Assembly (NCBI GenBank): GCA_016183175.1
Contig: JACPFC010000016.1
Span: forward strand, 11,932-75,931
Length of the DNA stretch: 64,000 nucleotides
Source of the DNA: Deltaproteobacteria bacterium
GTDB taxonomy: Bacteria; UBA10199; SBBF01
Direction of reading: 5' to 3'
Of this stretch, positions 36,864-45,986 are shown one piece after another. The notes under the pieces were generated by a model. It saw only the letters and a program-made list of their open reading frames with translations, was not told where the DNA came from and made no database searches. Position 1 is the stretch's first letter. Each line of letters begins with the position of its first letter. Position numbers and translations under genes: made by a program.

Positions 36864-37126
36864 TTCACCCTTTCTTCAGGGATGCCGAAATAGAGCGCCC
36901 AGAAATTCCCGGATAATTTGCTTAAGCCGCGGGCGGTGACGGCCACCTGCCGGATCGTCTTCCGGTCGTATTTTTCAAACATCCAATGCAACGCCTCTTC
37001 GTCGCCGAACTCCAACAGACGCTCGATGACATATCGTTTGCCGGCGACCACATCCATTTTTTTTGGATCGATGTCCCAAAAATAAGGATAAAAAGCCTTA
37101 GGCAGTCTTTTCGAAGCATTTTTCAC
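36821..37126 (-). CDS. Small partner protein of the nucleotidyltransferase (putative antitoxin)
   Basis: 101-aa ORF overlapping the downstream gene start by about 40 bp, a TA-like arrangement. Confidence 0.3.
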   Translation of the reverse strand: MKNASKRLPKAFYPYFWDIDPKKMDVVAGKRYVIERLLEFGDEEALHWMFEKYDRKTIRQVAVTARGLSKLSGNFWALYFGIPEERVKCLNKPLLLPHSPF

Positions 37127-37157
37127 TTTTATAACATACCGTCATATCTCCCGAAAT

Positions 37158-37958
37158 TCAATGGGAATCCATTTTTCCCGCCAGCCCGTTTCCGATTGTC
37201 TGAAACGAAAAGATCGTCAGAAAGATAAACAACGACGGGAAAAGAATCAAATGGGGGTAAAACCCGAGGGCCTGATACCCCTCAGAGGCGAGCGTCCCCC
37301 AGCTGGAATAGGGCGGAGCCAAACCGAGGCCGATGAACGAAAGGGTCGATTCCGCCAATATGACCGCCGGGATTTTAAACAGAAGGGTGACGACAATCGG
37401 GTCGCGTGTTTGAGGAATCAGGTGTCGAAGAAGAATTCTCCATCTTGGCAGACCCAGGGCCTGCGCCGATTCGACAAACGGCAGTTCCTTGTATTTCAGA
37501 ATCTCCCCCCGGACAATCCGCGCCACACTCACCCATCCCAAAGACGAGAGGGTGATGAGGAGGCCCCAGAAATTCCGGCCCAAAAAAAGTCCCAGCAGGA
37601 TATAAAAAAGGAGATCGGGAATCGAATAAAGAACGTCCAGAATGCGCATGAGAATCTGGTCCATTTTTCCGCCGACAAAACCGGAAAGGCTCCCATAAAA
37701 AATTCCAAAAAGGGCGGAGATGGTCGTCGCCAGCAGGGCGCAGGCCAGCGAAATCCGGGCGCCATAAAGCACTCTTGCCAAAAGATCACGCCCCAGCTCG
37801 TCGGTCCCGAACCAGAACTCATGCGTCGGTGTCATCAGAAGGAACTGTGGAAATTGCCGGTCGAAGCCGTGCGGCGTCAGGATTTTTGGAAAAAGGGCGC
37901 AGAGGAAGAGAAGGAGGAGAAAAAGGGAGCATATAGAGACAAATTTGTGACGAAGCAT
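37158..37958 (-). CDS. Peptide ABC transporter permease (DppC/OppC-like)
   Basis: 6-TM BPD_transp_1-type layout; ...ISLACALLATTISALFGIFYG... Confidence 0.8.
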   Translation of the reverse strand: MLRHKFVSICSLFLLLLFLCALFPKILTPHGFDRQFPQFLLMTPTHEFWFGTDELGRDLLARVLYGARISLACALLATTISALFGIFYGSLSGFVGGKMDQILMRILDVLYSIPDLLFYILLGLFLGRNFWGLLITLSSLGWVSVARIVRGEILKYKELPFVESAQALGLPRWRILLRHLIPQTRDPIVVTLLFKIPAVILAESTLSFIGLGLAPPYSSWGTLASEGYQALGFYPHLILFPSLFIFLTIFSFQTIGNGLAGKMDSH

Positions 37959-38007
37959 TTATTGTTTGTTTGTAACTGCTTTTACCCTAAGCCCTAAACC
38001 CTAAGCC

Positions 38008-38967
38008 CTAGCCCCTGCTTTTTCTCATCCTCGGATCGAGCCAGAGATACCCCACATCGACCATCCAGTTTAAAAAAATAAGGATCGACGCGTAGAACAG
38101 CGTGATCCCCATCACCAGAAAATAGTCGCGGTCGATCACCGCCGTCACAAAATGGCGCCCCAGACCGGGGATGGAAAAGATGGTTTCGACGACAAACGAA
38201 CCGGTAATCAGCGCGGCTGTCATCGGACCCATCACCGTCAGTATCGGCGTGGCGGCGTTCTTGAGCGCGTGTTTGAGCAAAATGGCGGCCTCCGGCACCC
38301 CTTTGGCGCGAGCGGTTTTCACGTAATCCTGCCGGAGTTGCGACAAAACGCCGGCGCGGGTGAGCTGGGCAAAGTAGGCCAGCGGCACCAGCGCCAGCGT
38401 CAGAACGGGCAGAAGGGAGGAGCGAATCCCTTCCCAGAGCGCCGGGGGGAGACACTTCAGCCAGAAGGAAAAAATCATGATCAGCAAGACCGCTTTGACA
38501 AAACTGGGGAGGGACAAAACCACCGGACCGGCAAGCTTTAAAAACCGGTCAATCAAACCCTCCGGCCGAGCGGCGGCCTTAAGTCCGGCCAATACGCCAA
38601 AAACAAGGGCGAGGCTTAAGGCCCCTGCCGCCAGTTCCATCGAGGGGACAACCGCCTTGGCGATAATCTCCACAACATCCCGGTCGCGGAATTTAAGCGA
38701 AGGGCCCAGTTCCCCTTTTTTAAGATATGAAAGATAGGCTTTCAGGTCGCCTGCAAACCAGATCCAGAAATTTTGATCGCCCCTCTGTGTCAGTCCATAT
38801 TTTTGATAGAGATTTTGTTTGATCTCCGGGGGGAACTCCCGCTCCTGATCAAACGGCCCTCCGGGAATCAGATGAAGAAGAAGGAAGGTGAGAATCAGAA
38901 CGCTGAAAAGCGTGAGGAGGCTGATCAAGAGGCGCTTTATCAATGAAGACGCCATGATTTTGTACAC
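38008..38967 (-). CDS. Peptide ABC transporter permease (DppB/OppB-like)
   Basis: MASSLIKRLLISLLTLFSVLILTFLLLHLIPGGPF is the classic DppB N-terminus. Confidence 0.8.
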   Translation of the reverse strand: MYKIMASSLIKRLLISLLTLFSVLILTFLLLHLIPGGPFDQEREFPPEIKQNLYQKYGLTQRGDQNFWIWFAGDLKAYLSYLKKGELGPSLKFRDRDVVEIIAKAVVPSMELAAGALSLALVFGVLAGLKAAARPEGLIDRFLKLAGPVVLSLPSFVKAVLLIMIFSFWLKCLPPALWEGIRSSLLPVLTLALVPLAYFAQLTRAGVLSQLRQDYVKTARAKGVPEAAILLKHALKNAATPILTVMGPMTAALITGSFVVETIFSIPGLGRHFVTAVIDRDYFLVMGITLFYASILIFLNWMVDVGYLWLDPRMRKSRG

Positions 38968-39010
38968 TATGCCAAGTCATTCCGTAAGCAAGAAAAATTC
39001 TCTCTCTATT

Positions 39011-39334
39011 TCATAATTTCTTCCAATATTGCAGGCAAAGGCCGTCGCTCTCGGTGCTTTCGCACCCGCAGTGGATCTCGTCCGGGTAATAGTCCCCGTA
39101 GCCTTTTTCGATATCGCAGGTGCACGTAACCCGGATGGTTGGCTGACCGACCGAGTTCTGGAAGCGGACGTCGAAGTCGAATGTCTCGTCGGGATAGATA
39201 TCCGCTGTAAAGGCCAAACCGTCCCCTTGCGTCTCGAAGTCAATCACGTCGCCATGCGAATAGCCGCGGATGGTGGCGGGAAAATTATACTCGCACGGGT
39301 CGCCGACATCGTAATAGTCGTAATCGTAATCCAT
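39011..39334 (-). CDS. Small acidic Cys-rich hypothetical protein
   Basis: MDYDYDYYDVGDPCEY...TCTCDIEKGYGDYYPDEIHCGCES; unusual composition; an in-frame upstream extension is rich in D/E/G/S. Confidence 0.25.
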   Translation of the reverse strand: MDYDYDYYDVGDPCEYNFPATIRGYSHGDVIDFETQGDGLAFTADIYPDETFDFDVRFQNSVGQPTIRVTCTCDIEKGYGDYYPDEIHCGCESTESDGLCLQYWKKL

Positions 39335-39777
39335 CGCCTGCCAGGTACCGAGGAACGCCGCACCGTGGACTCGCTCGTAGTCCTCGACAACGATGACCCC
39401 GCCTGCGGTGTCGTTGTCTTCTCCGTCGTTTGTCCCTTCCCCCTGTTCGCCCGGCGTGCCGCCGTCATCACTGCTGTCGTTTTCATCGCTGTCACCGTCG
39501 CCTTGACCGCTTTGTGGAGCGTCTTTGGAGGAGCGTCAAAATTGAAAAACGGAAATTTTAAAGAAAGAAAAAAAGAAGCAAAAAAAGAAAGAAAGAAAAG
39601 GACGGGGGAAGAGATTGGGACCTTGGTGGGTCCCATCTCTTTCCCTTAATCAAACAACAAGAAAAAACTGTCTAGACAATGGGGTCCACCTTATATTCAC
39701 TTTTCACTTTTGAGCCAATCGAAAATCGGGCCAGGTCTTTATCCTATCCGGGAACGGTTTATTTTTTTGAATGGTCC

Positions 39778-40077
39778 CTATGCGGCTTTGGAAAAACTGA
39801 TTTTTGGCCGAATCCCCAGGCTGGCGAGAATTCTCAACAGCAAGTCTGTTGAAACTTGATGAGTATTTCGATTCAGAATGGCGGTCATGCGCGTTCGCGA
39901 CGTGCCGGCCAATTTGGCGACATGGGCATGGGTAAGACCGCTTTTTTCGACAATTTCGACGATCTTGCCGTTTAAATCACTGCGGATTTCCATTTCGACA
40001 CCGTCGGCCGGAGAAAGACCAAGAACCTTTGCAAGTTCAGCGGCATTTCTTGCAATGATGGCTTTATGTTTCTTCAT
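39778..40077 (-). CDS. HigA-like XRE-family HTH antitoxin
   Basis: HTH segment LTHAHVAKLAGTSRTRMTAILN; overlaps the upstream toxin gene. Confidence 0.6.
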   Translation of the reverse strand: MKKHKAIIARNAAELAKVLGLSPADGVEMEIRSDLNGKIVEIVEKSGLTHAHVAKLAGTSRTRMTAILNRNTHQVSTDLLLRILASLGIRPKISFSKAA

Positions 40078-40396
40078 GGAGCATCTCCTTTAGTCGTTTT
40101 CTCGCAAGGCCAATATCATGATCGGGTATTTTTTGCGTCTTTTTCACAAAAGCATGGAATATCAGAATTCCTCTCGACGATTTCTTGTAATAAAAAGTTC
40201 TATAGATTCCGGAAGCATCTTTGATCCTTAATTCTTCTACGCCCAGTGCAACAGCGGGCACCGGTTTTGAAAGCGGCATCGACAGATTGTACCCTTTTTG
40301 CAACTCAAGGATCGCCTTTCCGACCTCCTTGCGCACATCATCCGGAAAGGTCTTTATCACCTCTCTTGCTTTGACATGAAAAATCGCCTGTTTCAT
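40064..40396 (-). CDS. HigB-like (RelE/ParE superfamily) toxin
   Basis: 110 aa, located upstream of the XRE antitoxin (higB-higA order); RelE-like size and basic C-terminus. Confidence 0.5.
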   Translation of the reverse strand: MKQAIFHVKAREVIKTFPDDVRKEVGKAILELQKGYNLSMPLSKPVPAVALGVEELRIKDASGIYRTFYYKKSSRGILIFHAFVKKTQKIPDHDIGLARKRLKEMLHEET

Positions 40397-40401
40397 AAGT
40401 A

Positions 40402-40722
40402 GTGTCTCATATCCGAGACATAGATGTCAATCGTAAAACCTGCGGTCATACATTGCATACATTGTTGGAAAACATGGGGTCAAGCTTTACATTATTTAGG
40501 AACGCAGAAAAATCAGCCGATGAAGGAGGATACGTCGTTTATATTCCGGCTTTACCTGGATGCGTGACCCAGGGCGATACCTTCGAGGAAGCTCAACGAA
40601 TGGCGCGCGATGCCGTTAAAGGTTACCTGGAGGTATTAAAGGAAGAGCACTCTTCGGAGCATTCTCAAGATGGCCGACATCAGTGTGGAAGAATTCCGTC
40701 GGCTTCTTGGTCATTGATATAA
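40402..40722 (+). CDS. HicB-like antitoxin (UPF0150)
   Basis: YVVYIPALPGCVTQGDTFEEAQRMARDAVKGYLEVLKEE is the HicB signature; no adjacent HicA. Confidence 0.5.
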   Translation: MSHIRDIDVNRKTCGHTLHTLLENMGSSFTLFRNAEKSADEGGYVVYIPALPGCVTQGDTFEEAQRMARDAVKGYLEVLKEEHSSEHSQDGRHQCGRIPSASWSLI

Positions 40723-42309
40723 AGGGCCGGGGCCAGTTGCTTCGGATTTCAGATTTACCCTCTTATAATACATAAAATCCATCGGAATGAGAGGAAACGG
40801 TTTCAGTTTCTCCTTCACCAGCACATTTTGCATCGGGATGAAAAGGGGAATGATGACCGCTTCCTCTTCCAGAAGCATTTTTTGCGCCTTGTCATATACG
40901 GCCTTGCGCTTTTGTTCATCCTTTTCGACGGACCCTTGCGCAATCAGGCTGTCGAACTCGGCGCTTTTCCAGTGCGTATGGTTGTTGCCCGAGGTGGAGG
41001 TGAAGAGATTCATAAAATTGTCCGGGTCGGGATAGTCGGCCCCCCAGCCGAGGCGAAAGAGGCCGGGGGGATCGGTTTTTAAGAGTGAGAGGTAGCTTTT
41101 CCATTCCTGGTTGTCGAGGTTCACGTCAATTCCCAGATTTTTTTTCCATTGCGCCTGCGCCCATTCGGCGATTTTTTTGTTCACGGGGTCCGAATTGAAG
41201 GTCAGCGTGAATTGCAAACGACGCGGGTCCTGTCCCAAAAGTTCCCGCGCCTTTTCGGGATCGAATTTCAATCCGATCCCCTCCTCAAACCCGAACATCC
41301 CCGGCGGAATCCACGAATCGACCGGCTGTTCGCCCCCTTTGAGAATATTCGGGATCTCCCGCTTGTCGAGGCTCATGGCCAAAGCCCGACGAACGCGGGG
41401 ATCGTCAAAGGGCTTCTTTGTTATGTTGAATCCATAATAATACCCGCGCAGTTTGGGGACGCTCATCAAGTCCGGACTGTTCTTATAATATGGAAGGGCC
41501 ACCGGCGGAGGGCCGGCGATATCCAAAAGATTCTGCTCGTAGAGGGAAAGGCTGGTTGCAGGGTCGCTGACAAGAAAAATCGTCAGGCGGTCAAACGATG
41601 GTTGTGGGTTTCCTCCATAATGAGGGTTTACTCCCAGTTTCAGCCGGTATTCATGCCACCATTCTTCAAGCACAAACGGCCCGCAGGTGACGATATTTTC
41701 CGGGTCGGTCCACCGGCGCTGTTTTTCCACGATGTCTTGTCTCAAGGGATAAGTTACCATAAAGGTGGTGATGGCCGGAAAAAAGACAATCGGCTGATTC
41801 AGCCGCACCCTTAACGTCAGATCGTCAATCACTTCGATCCCTACCCGATTTTCGTCTTTGAGTTTCCCGCGGTTGAATTCCCTTGCGCCGATGATGTCGA
41901 AAAGAAAATAGGCGTACTCCGCGGCGGTTTCCGGTTTGAGAAGCCTCAACCACGAATAACGGAAATCCCGGGCCGTCACCGGTTTTCCATCCGACCACCG
42001 GTAATTGGGGTCGAGATGAAAGACATACGTTTTTCCTTCCTCCCTGATTTCCCAGCTTTTTGCCGCCGCCGGGATCGGGTTTAAGTTTTGATCAAACTGC
42101 GTTAAGCCCTCCATCAGCTGATTGAGAATCTGATAGCTTACATTGTCGGTGGCGAGGTTCCAATCAAGCGTCGGCGGTTCGGTGGAGAGGGAAATTCGGA
42201 TTTCTTTTTGTAGATCGTAAATGGCGGATCGTGGATCGTGGGTGGAACAATTGAATAAAATGACCGTGAGCAGGCTTGAGAGAACCACCCGGTTCAACAT
42301 GAGGTTCAT
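40711..42309 (-). CDS. Peptide ABC transporter substrate-binding protein (family 5, DppA/OppA-like)
   Basis: Lipoprotein-type signal LTVILFNCS; SBP_bac_5-like layout. Confidence 0.85.
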   Translation of the reverse strand: MNLMLNRVVLSSLLTVILFNCSTHDPRSAIYDLQKEIRISLSTEPPTLDWNLATDNVSYQILNQLMEGLTQFDQNLNPIPAAAKSWEIREEGKTYVFHLDPNYRWSDGKPVTARDFRYSWLRLLKPETAAEYAYFLFDIIGAREFNRGKLKDENRVGIEVIDDLTLRVRLNQPIVFFPAITTFMVTYPLRQDIVEKQRRWTDPENIVTCGPFVLEEWWHEYRLKLGVNPHYGGNPQPSFDRLTIFLVSDPATSLSLYEQNLLDIAGPPPVALPYYKNSPDLMSVPKLRGYYYGFNITKKPFDDPRVRRALAMSLDKREIPNILKGGEQPVDSWIPPGMFGFEEGIGLKFDPEKARELLGQDPRRLQFTLTFNSDPVNKKIAEWAQAQWKKNLGIDVNLDNQEWKSYLSLLKTDPPGLFRLGWGADYPDPDNFMNLFTSTSGNNHTHWKSAEFDSLIAQGSVEKDEQKRKAVYDKAQKMLLEEEAVIIPLFIPMQNVLVKEKLKPFPLIPMDFMYYKRVNLKSEATGPGPLYQ

Positions 42310-42347
42310 TGTACATGGATTAAGACAGGTGCCAAGAAAAGAGAGCG

Positions 42348-42716
42348 CTATTCCAGATGTTTCAGAACGAGATTCCTCTCCGGGTTATGGAGATAGAGCC
42401 CGTCCGGCTGATGGCTGACCGTGTAGGTGCCGTTTAGATAGCGGCACTTGTTTTTGCCGCGGAAGGTGACCGTTTTTTTCTTCTCGCCGGCGCTCCATCT
42501 CCCGGAGCAAAGATGGATGTAGTCCTGGTTGTCGAAGGCGGGAAAAAAGAGAAATTCATTATCGTCCTCAACATAAAGGGTTCCGCGGTCATGCTTGGGG
42601 AGGTCCACGTGAAAGCGGTTGGTCATCAAGTCTCTGATCCTTTCGCCGGAGAAGGCCGGAAGCGCAAACCCAAGGGTTGCAACGAAGAAGAAAATTGGAG
42701 CCAGAAGATTCATCAA
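42348..42716 (-). CDS. Small secreted hypothetical protein
   Basis: Signal peptide MMNLLAPIFFFVATLGFALPAFS. Confidence 0.3.
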   Translation of the reverse strand: MMNLLAPIFFFVATLGFALPAFSGERIRDLMTNRFHVDLPKHDRGTLYVEDDNEFLFFPAFDNQDYIHLCSGRWSAGEKKKTVTFRGKNKCRYLNGTYTVSHQPDGLYLHNPERNLVLKHLE

Positions 42717-42830
42717 TGGTTCATATTGTAGCTAAAATAAGGCCCGATGCAAAGCTTAAAGATTTAAGGAGGGAAAAAAATTCTTTGAATCTTCAACGGC
42801 TTCATGTTAGCGGCCGGATGCAAGCGAGCA

Positions 42831-42929
42831 ATCTGGCTTTGCCAGTTGCGAGCGGGGTTTGGGGCCATGTGAGGCCCGAAACCTCATGACGCGAGTAGCA
42901 ACAAACGGGCCGAACGGGCCCCAAGTAAA
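42831..42929. repeat. R3 ~100-bp conserved leader element, copy b (abuts the pckA ATG)
   Basis: ctggctttgccagttgcgagcggggtttggggccatgtgaggcccgaaacctcatgacgcgagtagcaacaaacgggccgaacgggccccaagtaaaATG. Confidence 0.8.
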
Positions 42930-44489
42930 ATGATGCAGAGCAATTTAAGCATTGCCGCCCTTTGCGAACAGGTCCTTCTCCGAAAGGAGGCGCAACTCTC
43001 GGAGCATGGGGCGATTGTGACCTCGACCGGCAAATACACCGGCCGGTCTCCCAACGACAAATTTATCGTCAAAGAGCCCTCCAGCGAGGCGAATGTGGGA
43101 TGGGGAAAGGTCAATCGGCCGTTCGATCCGCAAAAATTCGATCTCCTCCACCAAAAGATGCTCGATTACATGAAAGGGAAAGAGCTGTTCATCCAGGATT
43201 GTTTCGCGGGCGCCTCCGCCGAACATCGCCTTCCCATCCGCGTGATCACGGAATTTGCCTGGCACAGCCTCTTTGCCCGCAATATGTTTATCGTCCCGAA
43301 GACCGCGGAGGAGGCAAAAAACCATGCCCCGCAATTTACGGTCATCGCCCTGCCGAATTTTTTGGCCGAGCCCGCCAAAGACGGGACGAATTCCGAGGCG
43401 TTCATTCTCCTCCATTTCGGCAAAAGGCTTGTGCTGATTGGCGGCACGCACTATGCCGGTGAAATCAAGAAATCGATCTTTACCGTCCTTAATTACCTGC
43501 TTCCCCTCAAGAATGTTCTTTCGATGCACTGCTCGGCCAACATCGGACCGGAGGGCGATACGGCCGTTTTTTTCGGCCTTTCCGGCACCGGGAAGACAAC
43601 TCTTTCAGCCGATCCCGAACGGAATCTCATCGGTGACGACGAGCATGGGTGGGGCGACCATGGGGTTTTCAATTTTGAGGGAGGCTGTTACGCGAAGGTG
43701 ATTAATCTTTCTGAAAAAGCGGAGCCCGAAATTTACGCCTGCACCCACCGTTTCGGGACGATTTTGGAAAATGTGGTGATGGACCCCGTTCTCCGCCGGA
43801 TCAACCTCGACGACGGAAGCCTGACCGAAAACACCCGCGCCTCGTATCCGCTGGAATTCATCCCGAACGCCCGGCTTGATGGAATTGGGGGGCATCCCAA
43901 GAACGTGATCATGCTCACCTGCGATTCCTTCGGCATCCTCCCTCCGGCGGCCCGGTTGACCCCGGCGCAGGCGATGTACCATTTTCTTTCCGGATATACC
44001 GCCCGGGTGGCCGGCACCGAACGGGGCGTCAGGGAACCGCAGGCGACCTTTTCCGCCTGTTTTGGCGCCCCCTTCATGGCGCTTCGCCCCTCGGTCTATG
44101 CCAAACTTTTGGGCGAAAAAATCAATCGCCACAATGTTTCCTGCTGGCTTGTCAACACCGGCTGGACCGGCGGGCCGTATGGCGTGGGACAGCGCTTTTC
44201 CATCGCCGATTCACGCGCGTTGGTGAAAGCGGCGCTTTCAGGCGCATTGTTGAAGGCGCCGATGGTGAAAGATCCTTATTTTGGCTTTGAAGTTCCCACC
44301 CAATGCCCCGGCGTTTCGTCCCAATCCATTCTTAATCCCAAGGCCTCATGGTCGAGCCCTTCGGCCTACGACGAAAAGGCGAAACATCTTGTCGGATTAT
44401 TTCAAGCCAATTTTAAGGAGTTTGAGGGAGATGTGACGGAGGAGATTCGGCAAGCGGGGCCGGTTGATTCACCAAATCCAGACAGGTGA
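42930..44489 (+). CDS. pckA: Phosphoenolpyruvate carboxykinase (ATP)
   Basis: GKYTGRSPNDKFIV; GLSGTGKTTLS kinase-1a motif; length 519 aa. Confidence 0.9.
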   Translation: MMQSNLSIAALCEQVLLRKEAQLSEHGAIVTSTGKYTGRSPNDKFIVKEPSSEANVGWGKVNRPFDPQKFDLLHQKMLDYMKGKELFIQDCFAGASAEHRLPIRVITEFAWHSLFARNMFIVPKTAEEAKNHAPQFTVIALPNFLAEPAKDGTNSEAFILLHFGKRLVLIGGTHYAGEIKKSIFTVLNYLLPLKNVLSMHCSANIGPEGDTAVFFGLSGTGKTTLSADPERNLIGDDEHGWGDHGVFNFEGGCYAKVINLSEKAEPEIYACTHRFGTILENVVMDPVLRRINLDDGSLTENTRASYPLEFIPNARLDGIGGHPKNVIMLTCDSFGILPPAARLTPAQAMYHFLSGYTARVAGTERGVREPQATFSACFGAPFMALRPSVYAKLLGEKINRHNVSCWLVNTGWTGGPYGVGQRFSIADSRALVKAALSGALLKAPMVKDPYFGFEVPTQCPGVSSQSILNPKASWSSPSAYDEKAKHLVGLFQANFKEFEGDVTEEIRQAGPVDSPNPDR

Positions 44490-45378
44490 TCTCCGGCCGC
44501 GATAACAGCCGCGCCTTGAAGATGTATCCCAGCCCGCGGTTCACATAAAGCCATTTTTGGCTCAACCGATGCAATCCGCGGCGGAGGTGCCTCCTTTCCA
44601 CCGGCACCGCCAGAGGCCCGATGAAGGGGAAACTGATCTGCCCCCCATGGACATGCCCCGAAAGCATCAGGTCGAAATGGAGATTTTCCATTTTGCTCAA
44701 ACCGTCCGGATTGTGGCAGAGAAGGATGGTCGGGACGGCCTCGCGGGTCAAGAGCTTGTCGGGCTGAAAATGCGGGGTCCAATAATCCCCCACGCCGATG
44801 ACCTCCAGACAATCATTTCCCTTTTGCATTTTCACCCGTTCATTGTGCAAAACGCGGATGCCTCTTTTTTCGAAATGATGGATCACCTCCTCGTGATCGA
44901 TGGGGTCGGTGGGGGGATGCCCCTTGTGGCAGACGCCGTAATCGTGGTTTCCCAAAACCGCAAAGAGGCCGTTTTTGGCCTTAAGGCCGGATAGCAACTG
45001 GGCCAGGGGACGGATGTATTTTGAGTCCCACTGAAGAAAATCGCCGGTCAAGGCCACGATGTCGGGCTTTAGGTTGTTGATCTTGTCGATGCACTTTTTC
45101 AAAAACGACACTGAATCGTTGGTCGGCCCGAAATGAAGATCGCTGATCTGGACGATGCGGAACAAATTGAACGATCGCGGCAGTTTCCTGATGGGAATCT
45201 TTAAGTGCGAAATTTTTACCAGCCGCGGCTCAATTACATGAGCATAGAGGCCGATAATGGGGAAGAAAAGAACGATAAAGACCGAAACGATCCATTGAAC
45301 CGGTTTTTTCTGGTAGAGGATCCGAAAAAATTCTTTGACTCGAATATGTCTCATAGAAGTTTTAACTTCTTCAACCAC
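44413..45378 (-). CDS. Membrane-anchored metallophosphoesterase (calcineurin-like)
   Basis: IVQISDLHFGP...GDF...GNHDY...GHVHGGQ motifs. Confidence 0.8.
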   Translation of the reverse strand: MVEEVKTSMRHIRVKEFFRILYQKKPVQWIVSVFIVLFFPIIGLYAHVIEPRLVKISHLKIPIRKLPRSFNLFRIVQISDLHFGPTNDSVSFLKKCIDKINNLKPDIVALTGDFLQWDSKYIRPLAQLLSGLKAKNGLFAVLGNHDYGVCHKGHPPTDPIDHEEVIHHFEKRGIRVLHNERVKMQKGNDCLEVIGVGDYWTPHFQPDKLLTREAVPTILLCHNPDGLSKMENLHFDLMLSGHVHGGQISFPFIGPLAVPVERRHLRRGLHRLSQKWLYVNRGLGYIFKARLLSRPEITCLDLVNQPAPLAESPPSHLPQTP

Positions 45379-45956
45379 GGCAACAGCGCCTCCAGCGGGA
45401 GGCCGATCACGTTTGTTACCGATCCCTCGATTTTTTCCACATACTTTTGTCCCAGCCCCTGCGCGGCATAGGCACCCGCCTTGTCAAACGGCTCCCCCGT
45501 TGCCAAATACTCCCTTATTTCGCCGTCGGAGAGCGCCTTAAGCGTCACCCGCGATGAAACTGCCTCCTCACAGACAATTCTATCAGGAAGTTCCGCGATC
45601 GCAAAGGCGGTAATCACCTCGTGAGTCCGCCCCCCCAGGGCGCGCCAGAAGGCGATAGTCTCCTCTTCATGACGCGGCTTGCCATAAATTTTTCCGTTCA
45701 TCACCACGATCGTGTCGGCGCCAAGAGAGTAGAGGGGTCGGTCTTTTTCCGGTTTTTTCCCCTTCAGAACTATTGTTGCCTTCTGTACAGCCAGTCTTTT
45801 GGCGCATTCGGACGGCGTCTCACCTGTTCTAACCGCTTCATCGACATCGGCCGGAAAGACCTCAAAGTGAAGCCCCAGTTCCTTGAGCAAAAAAGACCTC
45901 CGGGGAGAGGCCGAGGCCAGAATCAGTTTTTTAATTTTATTGTCGATTATCGTCAT
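45351..45956 (-). CDS. maf: Maf-family nucleoside triphosphate pyrophosphatase
   Basis: LILASASPRRSFLLKELGL and conserved Maf layout. Confidence 0.85.
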   Translation of the reverse strand: MTIIDNKIKKLILASASPRRSFLLKELGLHFEVFPADVDEAVRTGETPSECAKRLAVQKATIVLKGKKPEKDRPLYSLGADTIVVMNGKIYGKPRHEEETIAFWRALGGRTHEVITAFAIAELPDRIVCEEAVSSRVTLKALSDGEIREYLATGEPFDKAGAYAAQGLGQKYVEKIEGSVTNVIGLPLEALLPWLKKLKLL

Positions 45957-45986
45957 TTTCGTTATTCTTCTAACTTTAGATGATTT

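Noticed and set aside
39244-39636. 130-aa minus-strand ORF over the purine-rich tract
   Set aside because: Low-complexity translation of an A/G-rich tract; weak start context; overlaps the better-supported small ORF in another frame
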